Positions 1-9,287 of a stretch of DNA of 53,802 nucleotides are shown here, piece by piece; the first letter of the stretch is position 1, and each line of letters starts with the position of its first letter. The notes under the pieces are model-generated. The model had not been told where the DNA came from and did not search any database. It saw nothing but the letters and a program-made list of their open reading frames with translations. A program made the position numbers and the translations under genes. Origin of the DNA: Myxococcota bacterium (GTDB taxonomy: Bacteria; Myxococcota_A; UBA9160; PR03); contig JBFIML010000030.1 in assembly GCA_041611735.1 (NCBI GenBank), forward strand, positions 1 to 53,802, given 5' to 3'.

Positions 1-2
1 CG

Positions 3-347
3 ACGGCTCCCATCCCCGACAGCTGGTCCTTCACGGAGGCCGTGAAGACGGTGCAGCTCGAGACTCTTCCCGCCGACCCCTACTCCGTGAACATCTGGGT
101 GATCGCCATGGGCGAGAACCTCTACGTCCACGCCGGGGCCAATCGCAGCACCTGGGTGGAGAACATGGAGGCAGACCCGGAGGTCCGGCTGCGGGTGAAC
201 GATTCGATCTATGAGCTGGTGGCCTCGCGCGTCGACCGACAGCAGGAGTTCGACCGCTTCAGCGACGCCTACGAGCAGAAGTACGGGCGCCGCCCGCGCA
301 ACGGGAACGTTGCCGAGGCCTACCTGTTCCGGCTCGGAGCGCGCTGA
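3..347 (+). CDS. 5'-truncated hypothetical protein, possibly DUF2255/nitroreductase-like split-barrel fold
   Basis: The frame is open from the window edge (TAPIPDSWSFTEAVKTVQLET...PYSVNIW...W..N...DPEVRLRV...Y..KY), so the true start lies outside the window. Confidence 0.6.
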   Translation, partial: TAPIPDSWSFTEAVKTVQLETLPADPYSVNIWVIAMGENLYVHAGANRSTWVENMEADPEVRLRVNDSIYELVASRVDRQQEFDRFSDAYEQKYGRRPRNGNVAEAYLFRLGAR

Positions 348-531
348 GGGCCCACCCGGCGCGGGCGCAACTCCTGCGCCCGGACGAGCAAGTGGCCTGG
401 CGAGCAGATCAGGTGCCGGCCGACGCCCTCGCTATGATCGACGGCGTGCGTGGAGCCCTCCGGGTGACGGCGCGCACCAGGACCGCCGTGCGGTTGGTCG
501 CAACTCCCCTGACTTCTCGGTGAGGTTGTCC

Positions 532-1401
532 GTGCAGGAAGAAGCGCTTCCGCTCGATCGTCGACGCCGAGTCCACCTGGGGATCCTTCGGAACGAGCTG
601 CGGGGTAGGTCCTACGAGCGGCATTTTCGTTGGGAGATGAGTGCCCTGCCCGAGCATGTTGAACGAGCGCTCCAACACGGGGAATCCAGTACCGACGACG
701 TTCTTCCGAGAACCCAGGTCAACCGCCTGCTCGATCCCGGGTATCTTCCGCTCGAGACTGGTTTCGCAACCCTACCCGATGGGACCAGCCACGCCGCGGT
801 TCTCACCCGGTTTCCCGGGGCGACCGGTGAAATGATCGACTGGTGGTTCGGCTGGCATGGACTCGAAACCGAGCGCTACAAGCTCTGGCATCCGCAAGCC
901 CACCTCTTCGCCCAGATGCGCTACGAGCGCACCCGACCCGGCCTGACCGCACGGCAGAAATACGTCGGGAATACGTCCTACGTCGATGAATACATTGGCC
1001 CGGCTGTCTTCCGGCTCACGATCCGCTTCTGTGAGCCTCGAGACTTCGGCTTCGCCGAAGACCGCTTCGAGGCTGCCGGAGTCAGCACGGCGATCTGTGC
1101 TCGTGTCGGTTTGAGCGACCGGCCGTTCGAGACGGGTTACCTGATCCATCTGATTCGCGAGACTGCACAGGGTTGCGAGATGCGCAGCAGATTCTGGCTC
1201 GGCGAAGTGCACCTCCGAACCTTGCCCGAAGGGAATCCGATCGACCGCATCCTTGCGATACGCTTGGTTCGAAAGACGATGATGCCCGAGCGACTCTGCC
1301 GCGACCTCTTCGTCCACTGCGCGGAGGAGATGAATCATCTTGCGAGCTTCCTTCCCGCTCTCTTCGCTCAGGAGGGGGGTACTGCTTCGCCCACCGCGTG
1401 A
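532..1401 (+). CDS. DAPG (2,4-diacetylphloroglucinol) hydrolase family protein, PhlG-like
   Basis: Motifs MIDWWFGWH, RYKLWHPQAH, DEYIG, GCEMRSRFWLG and HCAEEMNHLASFLP. GTG start at 532 follows GAGG; about 289 aa. Confidence 0.85.
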   Translation: MQEEALPLDRRRRVHLGILRNELRGRSYERHFRWEMSALPEHVERALQHGESSTDDVLPRTQVNRLLDPGYLPLETGFATLPDGTSHAAVLTRFPGATGEMIDWWFGWHGLETERYKLWHPQAHLFAQMRYERTRPGLTARQKYVGNTSYVDEYIGPAVFRLTIRFCEPRDFGFAEDRFEAAGVSTAICARVGLSDRPFETGYLIHLIRETAQGCEMRSRFWLGEVHLRTLPEGNPIDRILAIRLVRKTMMPERLCRDLFVHCAEEMNHLASFLPALFAQEGGTASPTA

Positions 1402-1603
1402 CGGTTCGCCGACCTCCATGACCTACGGCGAGCAGCTTCCCAATCGGCCCCCCTCTGGAACCTCGGTCCCGCGAGCACTGCCGAGCAGATCGAAGGGAAG
1501 CCGGCTCCTGGTGGACCTGGGCATTGCCGCTCCTCGGAAGGGCGAGCCGCCAGCGGATCGTCGCATGTACCCGATCGATGCGAGAAGCCGACGGTTGTTG
1601 GAA

Positions 1604-2203
1604 TCAGGAAGTCCCGGGACCCCCGCCGGCATGCGCCGCATCGGATTCCCCTGGGGAATCTCGGCCTGCGGGGCGCTCGCCCGGAAGCAGCAGGTCCTCC
1701 AGGAAGAAGGCCGCCAGCTCGGCCCGTCCGCCGAGGTTCGACTTGCGGTAGACGGCGACAGCATGCTGGCGCACGGTGCGCTCGCTTCGCCCCAGCGCCG
1801 CAGCGGCCTCCTTGTGTCCGAGCCCTTTCAGCAGCAGCAGGGCCACCTCGCGCTCGGTGGGGGTGAGCGACCAACGCTCGAACTGGGCGTCGATCTCCGC
1901 GCCGAGCCCCTGGAGGAGCCGGGTTGCGCGCGCTCGCCAGCGGTCGCGTTCGAGCGCCTGCTCCGCCAGCCGTTCGCGGGCGGCCCGGAGCCCGCTCCGG
2001 GCGCGCGTCCAGCCGAGCCAGAGGTAGAGGACCGAGGCCAGCGAGAGGCCTACGAAGGCGACCTCGAAGAGGACGTGGAAGGAGCGCCAGGTCGCCGGCC
2101 GGTCGAGGGCCAGGTCCACGGCGCCCCAGGCGGCGATCGCGACGAGCAGGAGGGAGAGACCGATCCGGAAGCGCAGGCCTACGTCATCTGTCGGGGGGGT
2201 CAT
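1604..2203 (-). CDS. Membrane-anchored LuxR-type HTH transcriptional regulator
   Basis: Two N-terminal hydrophobic helices and a C-terminal LTPTEREVALLLLKG...RSERTVRQHAVAVYRK HTH. Start could also be 2236. Confidence 0.85.
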   Translation of the reverse strand: MTPPTDDVGLRFRIGLSLLLVAIAAWGAVDLALDRPATWRSFHVLFEVAFVGLSLASVLYLWLGWTRARSGLRAARERLAEQALERDRWRARATRLLQGLGAEIDAQFERWSLTPTEREVALLLLKGLGHKEAAAALGRSERTVRQHAVAVYRKSNLGGRAELAAFFLEDLLLPGERPAGRDSPGESDAAHAGGGPGTS

Positions 2204-2316
2204 CCAGCCGACCCCCGGAGCGCGCTCCTGCGACATCCGCCGGATGGCCGAAGGCGGGCGACGCCCCGATCCTTCCTTGTGTGCGGGCCCGACGCCCGCA
2301 AGGAGGATTCGTCGTC

Positions 2317-2841
2317 ATGCTTCCCGATCCGCTGCATCCGGCCGTCGTGCACTTTCCGATCGTCCTGGCGGTGCTGCTCCCGCCCCTGGCCGCCCTGGCG
2401 CTCTGGGCCGTGGGCTCCGGCCGGGTGCCCCGGCGTGCCTGGCTCGCCGTGGTGGCGCTCCAGGCCTTGCTCCTGGCCTCCACCTGGCTCGCCGTGGAGA
2501 CCGGGGAGCCCGAAGAGGAGATCGTCGAGAAAATCGTGGCGGAGCGCTACATCGAAGCCCACGAGGAGGCGGCCGAGCGCTTTCTCTGGGTGGTGGGTCT
2601 CGGGCTCCCCCTCGCTGCGGTCGGCCTCCTGGGGGGCCGGCTCGGCGGCGCGGCGCGTGCGCTCACGCTCGGGGCGTCCCTGGCCGCGCTCGGCGCCGGC
2701 GCCTCGGTGGGGCACAGCGGAGGCGAGCTGGTCTATCGGCACGGGGCCGCGACCGCGTACGTCGAGCGGTCAGCGGCGGCCGACATGGCGTCCTCGCGAG
2801 CGCTCCCGCGGGCGCGGCGCAACGACGACAGCGACGACTAG
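2317..2841 (+). CDS. DUF2231-like membrane protein
   Basis: LHPAVVHFPIV at the N-terminus, GHSGGELVYRHG near the C-terminus, 4 TM segments. SD AGGAGG at 2301-2306. Confidence 0.8.
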   Translation: MLPDPLHPAVVHFPIVLAVLLPPLAALALWAVGSGRVPRRAWLAVVALQALLLASTWLAVETGEPEEEIVEKIVAERYIEAHEEAAERFLWVVGLGLPLAAVGLLGGRLGGAARALTLGASLAALGAGASVGHSGGELVYRHGAATAYVERSAAADMASSRALPRARRNDDSDD

Positions 2842-2844
2842 AGG

Positions 2845-3600
2845 GTCCAGTTTCGTAAAGGCGTAGACAGTCTTGTTCTTCTCATCGCGCTGCTCCGCAG
2901 ACGAGCTCGGCCGGTGTGCGGCCCCGGAGCCGGTAGCCATGGTGCGGCCGCTGCTCGTTGTAGAAGCGCAGGTGGCGCTGCAGGGAGGCTTCCAGCTGCG
3001 CCGCGTGGGTGAAGTAGCGGCGTCGGAACTCCACGCGCCAGTGCTCGTGCAGGATCGTGCCCCTGGAGGCGCTCGACGAAGCCGGTCAGGATCCGCTTCA
3101 GGGGCCAGCCGGCGCGGCGGTAGAGCGGGACGAGGACCTCCCGCAGGAAGCGGGCCGTGGCTTCGGCCGTGGGCTGGACCAGGACGGCGACGTGGGCCGT
3201 CGCGTAGGAGGACGCGGCATCGCAGGCCGTGATCTGCCAGACGCGCCCCACGCCCTTGAGCTTGCCGATGTAGAAGCAGTCCAGGCAGACGAGCTCGCCG
3301 GGCACCGAGGCCGCGACGTGACGCTCGCTCCGACGGATCCGGCGCAAGCGCTCTCGCGTCCGCTCCGTCAGAAGCCCCGCCTGACGGGCGCTGTGCTGAT
3401 CGAGCACGCCGAGCCGCTCACGCCGCGTCCCGAGCCCGGCGCGCCGCAACGTCCGGTAGACCGTGCTCGGTGCGATCGCGCTGCCCTGGCGCGCGAGCTG
3501 GACCGCGAGGCGGTTGGGGCCCCAGGTGGGCCCGGCCAGCGCGAGCCCGATCACCGTGCGCTCCAGGTGGGCAAGAACTTCCGGGGGCCGCGCGCCGGGC
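2845..3600 (-). pseudogene. IS481-family transposase remnant
   Basis: PTWGPNRL..PSTVYRTLRR, PGELVCLDCFYIGKLKGVGRVWQITACD. In-frame deletion at ILT^GFVERL. Frameshift near 3060 into TILHEHWR..FYNEQRPHHGYRLRGRTP* (stop 2882). N-terminal HTH missing. Confidence 0.85.
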
Positions 3601-3603
3601 GGC

Positions 3604-3810
3604 GCCATCCCGGACGATGATTGGAATGGTGTTCCAGACGATTGCAACAACGCGCCGGATTGCGCGGGAGCCGGGCGCCGAGCCGGATGAGATCTGGCCG
3701 CCGAATGGTGCGTTCCGGGACATCGCGATCGCGGGCGTTACGGACCAGGACGGCGACCCCGTGGCGGTGACGATCGCGGCGATCTTCCAGGACGAACCCG
3801 TACGAGGGGC
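3604..3810 (+). pseudogene. Frameshifted fragment of an extracellular protein domain (xWPPN...GVTDxDGD type)
   Basis: DDDWNGVPDDCNNAPDCAGA in one frame continues as EIWPPNGAFRDIAIAGVTDQDGDPVAVTIAAIFQDEPV in another. No start codon or signal peptide. Confidence 0.55.
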
Positions 3811-3989
3811 GACGGCACGTCGAGTCCGATGCCAGCGGCCTGGGGACGGATACGGCCCGGGTCCGCGCTTTTCGATTCCACCGATGCCACCGGGAGGGAT
3901 CGCCGATGGGTCAGATTCCGCTCTTGGCCTCGGCCGGGCGGTCACTTCTCGTGGTGGGAAAGTCGCAGCATCCACGAGATCGAGTACGG

Positions 3990-4340
3990 GGCGACGGTCT
4001 TCCCGAACTTCTCCGGGGGATGCTGATACCGGAGTACGTCCGGAACCAGGTGTTCGACGAGATCGTGCGCAGGGCCCTGGGCGACGGGCGCCGCTTCTCG
4101 CCCCATGCTGAGCCTCCCTCCACATGGCCCGGGGGACGCCCCTCAAGTGGATCCAGGAGCAGGGTGGCTGGACCCCGGCCAAGCTGCTGCTCCCCACCTA
4201 CGGCCACTTCATGCCCACCGAACTCCGAGGCTTCGCCGACGCGCTGGCGGCGGCCGTGGACGGCCCCCCGGCGGCCCCGGAGCGCCGAGCCGGCTCCCCC
4301 GCGGAGCCGGAACTCCCCGCAACCTCGAAGGAACCCAGCT
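3990..4340 (+). pseudogene. Tyrosine recombinase/phage integrase C-terminal remnant
   Basis: Read across three frames: VFPNFSG / MLIPEYVRNQVFDEIVRRALGDGRRFSPH / ASLHMARGTPLKWIQEQGGW..AKLLL.TYGHF. Box II W and catalytic Y are present; the HxLRH motif is disrupted. Confidence 0.75.
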
Positions 4341-5319
4341 CCACCCCGTCCTCCACCGGACCCAGATCCCCGATCATGCACTTGACCGAGCCGCCGCCCT
4401 TCTTGAGGAACTCGGAGACGTCCACGCAGACGGGCGCGACGCCGCGCTCGCGCACCTGGCCGAGCAGGCGCTCCGAGAGACCGTCGGGCATGACCAGGAA
4501 GCTCTCGCCGCCGCGGTCGAGGGTGAAGGAGTTGGCGGCGTAGCGGACGGCGTCGGCCTCGGCCAGCTCGATCACGGCCGGGCCGAAGGTCTCGTACACG
4601 AGCGCCCAGCCCTCGCGCGTGAGCGCCGCGGGATAGGCCAGCAGGTGCTCCCGCCCCGGTCCGAAGGCGCACAGGGCCGTGTCGCCGTGGTAGTGGGCCT
4701 CGCGCACCAGCTCGAGGGCGACCACCCGCCGGGGCGCCACCCGGGGCGCCAGCACCTCCCGCACGCGGGCGGCGGTGCGGAAGCCGTAGACGCGTCGCCA
4801 GGGCGGGAGCCCGAGGCGCGGCACGAAGCGCTGCCGCTCCAGGCGCCCGTGGGTCAGCAGGTAGCGGTCGCCCACGGGAAAGAAGTCTGCCTCGCCCTCG
4901 AAGCGGTAGCGCGGCGGAACCGAGCCGAGGCGATAGCCGGCCTCCCTGAGCACGCGCTCGTAGTGGGGCCGCTCCCCGGCGCGGGTCTCGATCAGGTTGG
5001 AGAGGAAGAAGGTCTTCTCGGCGGGCGGCTTCTCCGCGTCCAGCTCGGTCAGGAAGCCCGCGTTGGCCGGGTAGACGAGCCCCGGCTGGGCGGGATCCGG
5101 CGGCACCACCAGGATGCGCACGCCGAGCTCGCGCAGCACGTCGCGCAGGCGCCCCCATTGGCGGATGGCAAGCTCCCGGTCCACCCGTCGCCGGGTGCCG
5201 AGCCGGGTGCGCGTGTGGGGGTTTGCGCCGCCCTTCACGCTGAAGTGCGTGGGGTCGCCCATCAGGATGGCGCGCACCCAGCGCTTCGGGGCCGCGCCGG
5301 GCTGCGCCCGGGCGCTCAA
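4198..5319 (-). CDS. Amidinotransferase/dimethylarginine dimethylaminohydrolase-family (pentein) protein
   Basis: LVYPANAG, FEGEAD, HYHGDT, YAAN, VSEFLKKGGGSVKCM with catalytic Cys. The TTG start overlaps the upstream TGA. Confidence 0.85.
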   Translation of the reverse strand: MSARAQPGAAPKRWVRAILMGDPTHFSVKGGANPHTRTRLGTRRRVDRELAIRQWGRLRDVLRELGVRILVVPPDPAQPGLVYPANAGFLTELDAEKPPAEKTFFLSNLIETRAGERPHYERVLREAGYRLGSVPPRYRFEGEADFFPVGDRYLLTHGRLERQRFVPRLGLPPWRRVYGFRTAARVREVLAPRVAPRRVVALELVREAHYHGDTALCAFGPGREHLLAYPAALTREGWALVYETFGPAVIELAEADAVRYAANSFTLDRGGESFLVMPDGLSERLLGQVRERGVAPVCVDVSEFLKKGGGSVKCMIGDLGPVEDGVELGSFEVAGSSGSAGEPARRSGAAGGPSTAAASASAKPRSSVGMKWP

Positions 5320-6734
5320 GGGCGCGGCATTCCGGGCGGGAGCGTGTCCGGGTCGAAGCCGCCCACGTACTCGAGGCGCGCCTGGGGGACGGTGCAGTAG
5401 ACCGTGGCCAGGATGCCGGCGGGACGGTCGTTGCCGCTGCGCCGGCCGCCGCCAAAGGGGAGGCGTCCGCTGGCGCCGACGGTGCCCCGGTTCCAGTTCA
5501 GGATCCCGGTGCGCACGCGCCCCACGCAGTGCCGGAAGCGCTTGTGGTCGCGGGTCATGACCGAGGCGGCGAGGCCGTAGTCGGCGTCGTTCACCGCAGC
5601 GATCGCCTGGTCCAGGTCCGTCACCGGGTAGAGGGCCGCCTCGGGGCCGAAGATCTCCTCGCGCTGATAGGGATGGGCCTGGCGCAGCTCGTCGAAGCAC
5701 ACGAGGCCCGGACCGATCCAGGGCGGCGGGAGCCCGGCGTCCGGCACGAAGAGGCGCTCGCCCCCCGCCTCGGCGGCGAGGGCCCGGTAGCGCGCCACCT
5801 TCTCGAAGGCGGCCCGTGAGACGAGGGGGCCCATGAAGACGCGCTCGTCGAGCGGCGACCCCGCGCGCACGCCGCCGAGCACGCGTTCGAGCTTCTCGCG
5901 GAAGCGATCGAAGACCGCCTCCGCCACGAACAGGCGCGAGAGCGACGTGCAGCGCTGGCCGGTGGTGGCGCAGATCGAGACCGCCGCCTCGGCCACGGCG
6001 AGCGCGAGGTCCGCGTCGGCCAGCACGATCATGGCGTTCTTGCCGCCCATCTCCAGGGCGAGGAGCTTGCCCGAGTCCAGGGTGGCCTCGGCCAGGGCGC
6101 GTCCCACCGCCCAGGAGCCGGTGAAGAGGATCCCGTCCACGGCCGGGTGCAGGGCGAGCGCGCGCCCGGTCTCGGCACCTCCCTGCACCAGCTGCAGGAC
6201 TCCCTCTGGCAGCCCCGCCTCCCGCCAGGCACGGGTCATCCAGTCGCCCACGGCGGGGGCCCGGTCACTCGGCTTGAGCACCACCGTGTTGCCGGTGGCC
6301 AGGGCCGGCACCACGTGTCCATTGGGGAGGTGGGCCGGGAAGTTGAAGGGCCCGAGCACGGCCAGCACGCCGCGCGGCCCGAACTCGGCCCGGGCCGCGG
6401 CGTCCGCCTCGATGGGCGCCACGAAGCGCATGCCCTCACCCAGGGTGGCCTCCACCTTGGCCGGCAGGAGCGCCGCCTCGCTGCGGGCGTCCCAGAGCGC
6501 CTTGCCCACCTCCCGGGCCAGCAGGCGGGTGAGCTCCTCGTGGCGCTCGCGGGCCACGTCGGCGAAGCGGCGCAGCACCGCGGCGCGCGCCTGGAAGCCG
6601 GCGTCGCGCCAGGCCGGGAAGGCGGTCTGCGCCCGCGCCACGGCGGCGTCCAGCGCCGCCGCGTCGGCCACCGGGAAACGCCCGAGCTCATCCGCGGGGT
6701 CGGCGGGGGAGATGCTGCGGAGGATCTCGCTCAC
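5316..6734 (-). CDS. astD: Succinylglutamate-semialdehyde dehydrogenase (aldehyde dehydrogenase family)
   Basis: GPFNFPAHLPNGH, FTGS, LALEMGGKN, TTGQRCT, EEIFGP, GASGRLPFGG..RSGNDRP. Adjacent to astA. Confidence 0.8.
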   Translation of the reverse strand: MSEILRSISPADPADELGRFPVADAAALDAAVARAQTAFPAWRDAGFQARAAVLRRFADVARERHEELTRLLAREVGKALWDARSEAALLPAKVEATLGEGMRFVAPIEADAAARAEFGPRGVLAVLGPFNFPAHLPNGHVVPALATGNTVVLKPSDRAPAVGDWMTRAWREAGLPEGVLQLVQGGAETGRALALHPAVDGILFTGSWAVGRALAEATLDSGKLLALEMGGKNAMIVLADADLALAVAEAAVSICATTGQRCTSLSRLFVAEAVFDRFREKLERVLGGVRAGSPLDERVFMGPLVSRAAFEKVARYRALAAEAGGERLFVPDAGLPPPWIGPGLVCFDELRQAHPYQREEIFGPEAALYPVTDLDQAIAAVNDADYGLAASVMTRDHKRFRHCVGRVRTGILNWNRGTVGASGRLPFGGGRRSGNDRPAGILATVYCTVPQARLEYVGGFDPDTLPPGMPRP

Positions 6735-6738
6735 GGTT

Positions 6739-7764
6739 CTAGGGGAGTGGGGTCACCGCCACGCGGTCGCCGGCCCGCACGCCGAGGGCGTCGCGGCACG
6801 TAGCGGAGACGATGGGCGATTCCTCTTCGTCCAGGGGCACCACCGTGGCCCGGAAGCCGAGCTTGCCCTCCGCCAGGAGCAGCGCCAGGGCGCCGCGCAG
6901 GGGGGCGGTCTTGGCGGACGGCAGCCCCGGCAGCACCAGCTCGCGCCGCTCGCGCACCGAGACGATGGCGTCGCGCGCGGCCCCGTAGTAGGGCCCGCCG
7001 TCGAAGGGGTCCACTTGGTTCAGGGGGCGGAAGCCCACCTTCTCCAGGATGCGCAGGGCGGCCTGCGCGGAGGGCCCCGTCTGGCCGATCATGTCCTGCA
7101 CGGGCTTCGGAAACAGCGTCGCGTACACCGGGTCGCGGGGAAAGAGGTCCGCGATGAACTGCTTGTTGCGCAGCGACAAGCGATCCGCTTCGCGGAAGGA
7201 GAGGCCGGTGAAGCGGGCCCCGAAGGCGTCCCACAGGCGGTTCTTGCCGGGCGCGTCGAAGGGCGAGAGCATCTCGGCGATTACCTCGCGCTCGAAGCGA
7301 TCCGGATGGGCCGAGATCCAGGCGAAGCGCACGACGGAGAGCGCCTTGCCGCACTTCTCCGGGTGGCCCCGGTAGGCGGGGTCCAGGATCAGGGCGCCGA
7401 TCTCCGTCGGGCCGTCGATGCTCGAGCGCAAGCGCAGCTTGGTGTGCACGAAGCGGCGCCCGAGCTCGGCGCTGCGCCGTTCCTCGCTGAAGACCTCCAG
7501 CCAGTAGTGGGGGGAGTCGGGCGTGCCGTGCTTGGCCAGGATGGCGGAGGTCCCGACGCAGCGGCCGCTCTCCAGGTCCTCCAGGGCGAAGACGAACACG
7601 CCCTCGCTCGGATCGCGCAGGTCGCCGGCGAAGGAGCGTCTCGAGACCTCGATGCGGGCGGCCAGGAATTCGGGGTCGCCAGGCAGGTTGGTGAGGTCGA
7701 GCTGGCGGGCCAGCCCCACGAGCGCGTCGAGATCGCGCTCGGCCACCGGCCGCAGGATCAGCAC
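6739..7764 (-). CDS. astA: Arginine N-succinyltransferase
   Basis: ILRPV..DLDAL, FVFALED, GPTEIGALIL, GKALS..RF, VIAEM, FIADLFP..PVY, VDPFDGGPYY; about 341 aa. Confidence 0.88.
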   Translation of the reverse strand: MLILRPVAERDLDALVGLARQLDLTNLPGDPEFLAARIEVSRRSFAGDLRDPSEGVFVFALEDLESGRCVGTSAILAKHGTPDSPHYWLEVFSEERRSAELGRRFVHTKLRLRSSIDGPTEIGALILDPAYRGHPEKCGKALSVVRFAWISAHPDRFEREVIAEMLSPFDAPGKNRLWDAFGARFTGLSFREADRLSLRNKQFIADLFPRDPVYATLFPKPVQDMIGQTGPSAQAALRILEKVGFRPLNQVDPFDGGPYYGAARDAIVSVRERRELVLPGLPSAKTAPLRGALALLLAEGKLGFRATVVPLDEEESPIVSATCRDALGVRAGDRVAVTPLP

Positions 7765-9140
7765 GAGAGCGCCCGGCCTTCCGCCACCCGCGCCAGGGCC
7801 TTCTCGAGCATGGTGAAGCCGGCCTCGAGCTCCTCGTCGGTGGTGTTGACGGGCAGCAGCATGCGGATGCGCGTCGGCTCGGAGCCGGCCGTGTAGAGCA
7901 GCAGACCCTCCTCGAAGGCCGCCTCGAGCACCGCCCGCGCCACGGCGGCGGAGCCGTCGAAGGGGACGAAGGCGTGCATGGCGCCGATCCCCTCGTAGCG
8001 TCCCACTGCCTTGGGCAGGCGTCGCGCCAGGGCCTCGTAGCGGTGGCTCACGCGCCGGCCCAGCACCGCCACGCGGCCCTCGGGGCCCAGGTAGCCCTCG
8101 CTCTCGAGCCGCTCCACGATGCGCGCGCCCACGGCCATGCCCACCGTGGCCCCCGCGTAGGTGCCGGAGACGAGCCCCGGTCGGGGCGCGTAGGCGCGGC
8201 TGAAGAGCACGGCGCTGCCCTGGAGCATCTTCCCGGCGGTCACCACGTCCACGGATTCCTCGAGGCCGAGGGTGCGGAACGCGAACAGCTCGCCCGTGCG
8301 CCCGAAGGTCTGCACCTCGTCCACCCACACCGCGACGCCGGCCTCGTGGCAGCGCGCCATGAGCGCCGCGAAGAACTCACGGGGCGCGGTGCGCACGCCG
8401 CCCTCGCCCTGCACCAGCTCGAACAGCATGCCGGCGACGCGCCCGGGATGGCGGCGCAGGTTGGCTTCCAGGGCGGCCAGGCTGCGCTCCGTGGAGCCCG
8501 GGTCGAAGGGGTCGAAGAAGGGCACGTGCAGGACGTTCCCGCGCAGGGGCAGACCCTCCCGGAAGCCCGGCTTGTCCGTCAGCTCCGCCAGGGTGGTGGT
8601 GCGTCCCGCGAAGCCACCGTCGAAGACCACCAGCCGGTCGGCCGGGTGGTGCTTCTGGAGGATCATCTTGAGGGCGTTCTCGTTGGCCATGGCCCCGGAG
8701 AGCGAGAGGAAGACGTGGCGCAGGCGCTTGCCGCCGTGCCGCAGCAGGGCCTTCGAGAGGCGCAGGTACTCGGGCCCCGGCACCAGGTGGCCCTGGAAGA
8801 CCACGTCGCTGGCCGCGGCCACCACGGCGGTCTCGAGCAGGCCGCGGTCGCCGTGCCCGAAGCCGTAGACCCCGATGGCGCCGATGAAGTCGAGCTTCCA
8901 GGTGCCGTCCGCCAGGCGCACCCGGGCTCCCCGGCCGAGCCCCGAGGAGATCGCCGCCAGGAGGAGCGGGCGTCCCCGCAGGCGCTCCACCTCCCGGATC
9001 GCGCGCTGGTAGCGGCCGGGCGGGAGGGCCCGGCAGGCTGCCTCCTCGGCCACGGCGTCCAGCAGGGCCGCGGCCGCCTCCCGCACCGCCGGCGTGCCCG
9101 AGAGGGGGTCGAGGGGGCTCGGATGGCGCCGTTGGGCCAT
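7758..9140 (-). CDS. Class III PLP aminotransferase (succinylornithine transaminase AstC-like)
   Basis: SGAMANENALK, FAGRT, FELVQGEGG, VDEVQTFGRTG, TAGK (PLP lysine). First gene of the ast cluster. Confidence 0.85.
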   Translation of the reverse strand: MAQRRHPSPLDPLSGTPAVREAAAALLDAVAEEAACRALPPGRYQRAIREVERLRGRPLLLAAISSGLGRGARVRLADGTWKLDFIGAIGVYGFGHGDRGLLETAVVAAASDVVFQGHLVPGPEYLRLSKALLRHGGKRLRHVFLSLSGAMANENALKMILQKHHPADRLVVFDGGFAGRTTTLAELTDKPGFREGLPLRGNVLHVPFFDPFDPGSTERSLAALEANLRRHPGRVAGMLFELVQGEGGVRTAPREFFAALMARCHEAGVAVWVDEVQTFGRTGELFAFRTLGLEESVDVVTAGKMLQGSAVLFSRAYAPRPGLVSGTYAGATVGMAVGARIVERLESEGYLGPEGRVAVLGRRVSHRYEALARRLPKAVGRYEGIGAMHAFVPFDGSAAVARAVLEAAFEEGLLLYTAGSEPTRIRMLLPVNTTDEELEAGFTMLEKALARVAEGRALSC

Positions 9141-9287
9141 GATCGAATGCTATCGGCCCACCCGGCGTCCCGCTTGGGCGCCTTCCGTGGAGCGCTGGGA
9201 TCCCGGGGGGATTTCCCGACGTTCCGGGGTTCCCCCGATGCCGCCTGCTACCTTGATTTTCCCAACTCCCGTGACGATGGATTGCCG

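Noticed and set aside
211-531. N-terminal extension of the PhlG ORF from ATG 211
   Set aside because: It overlaps the upstream gene and is low-complexity. GTG 532 with an SD gives a family-typical length.
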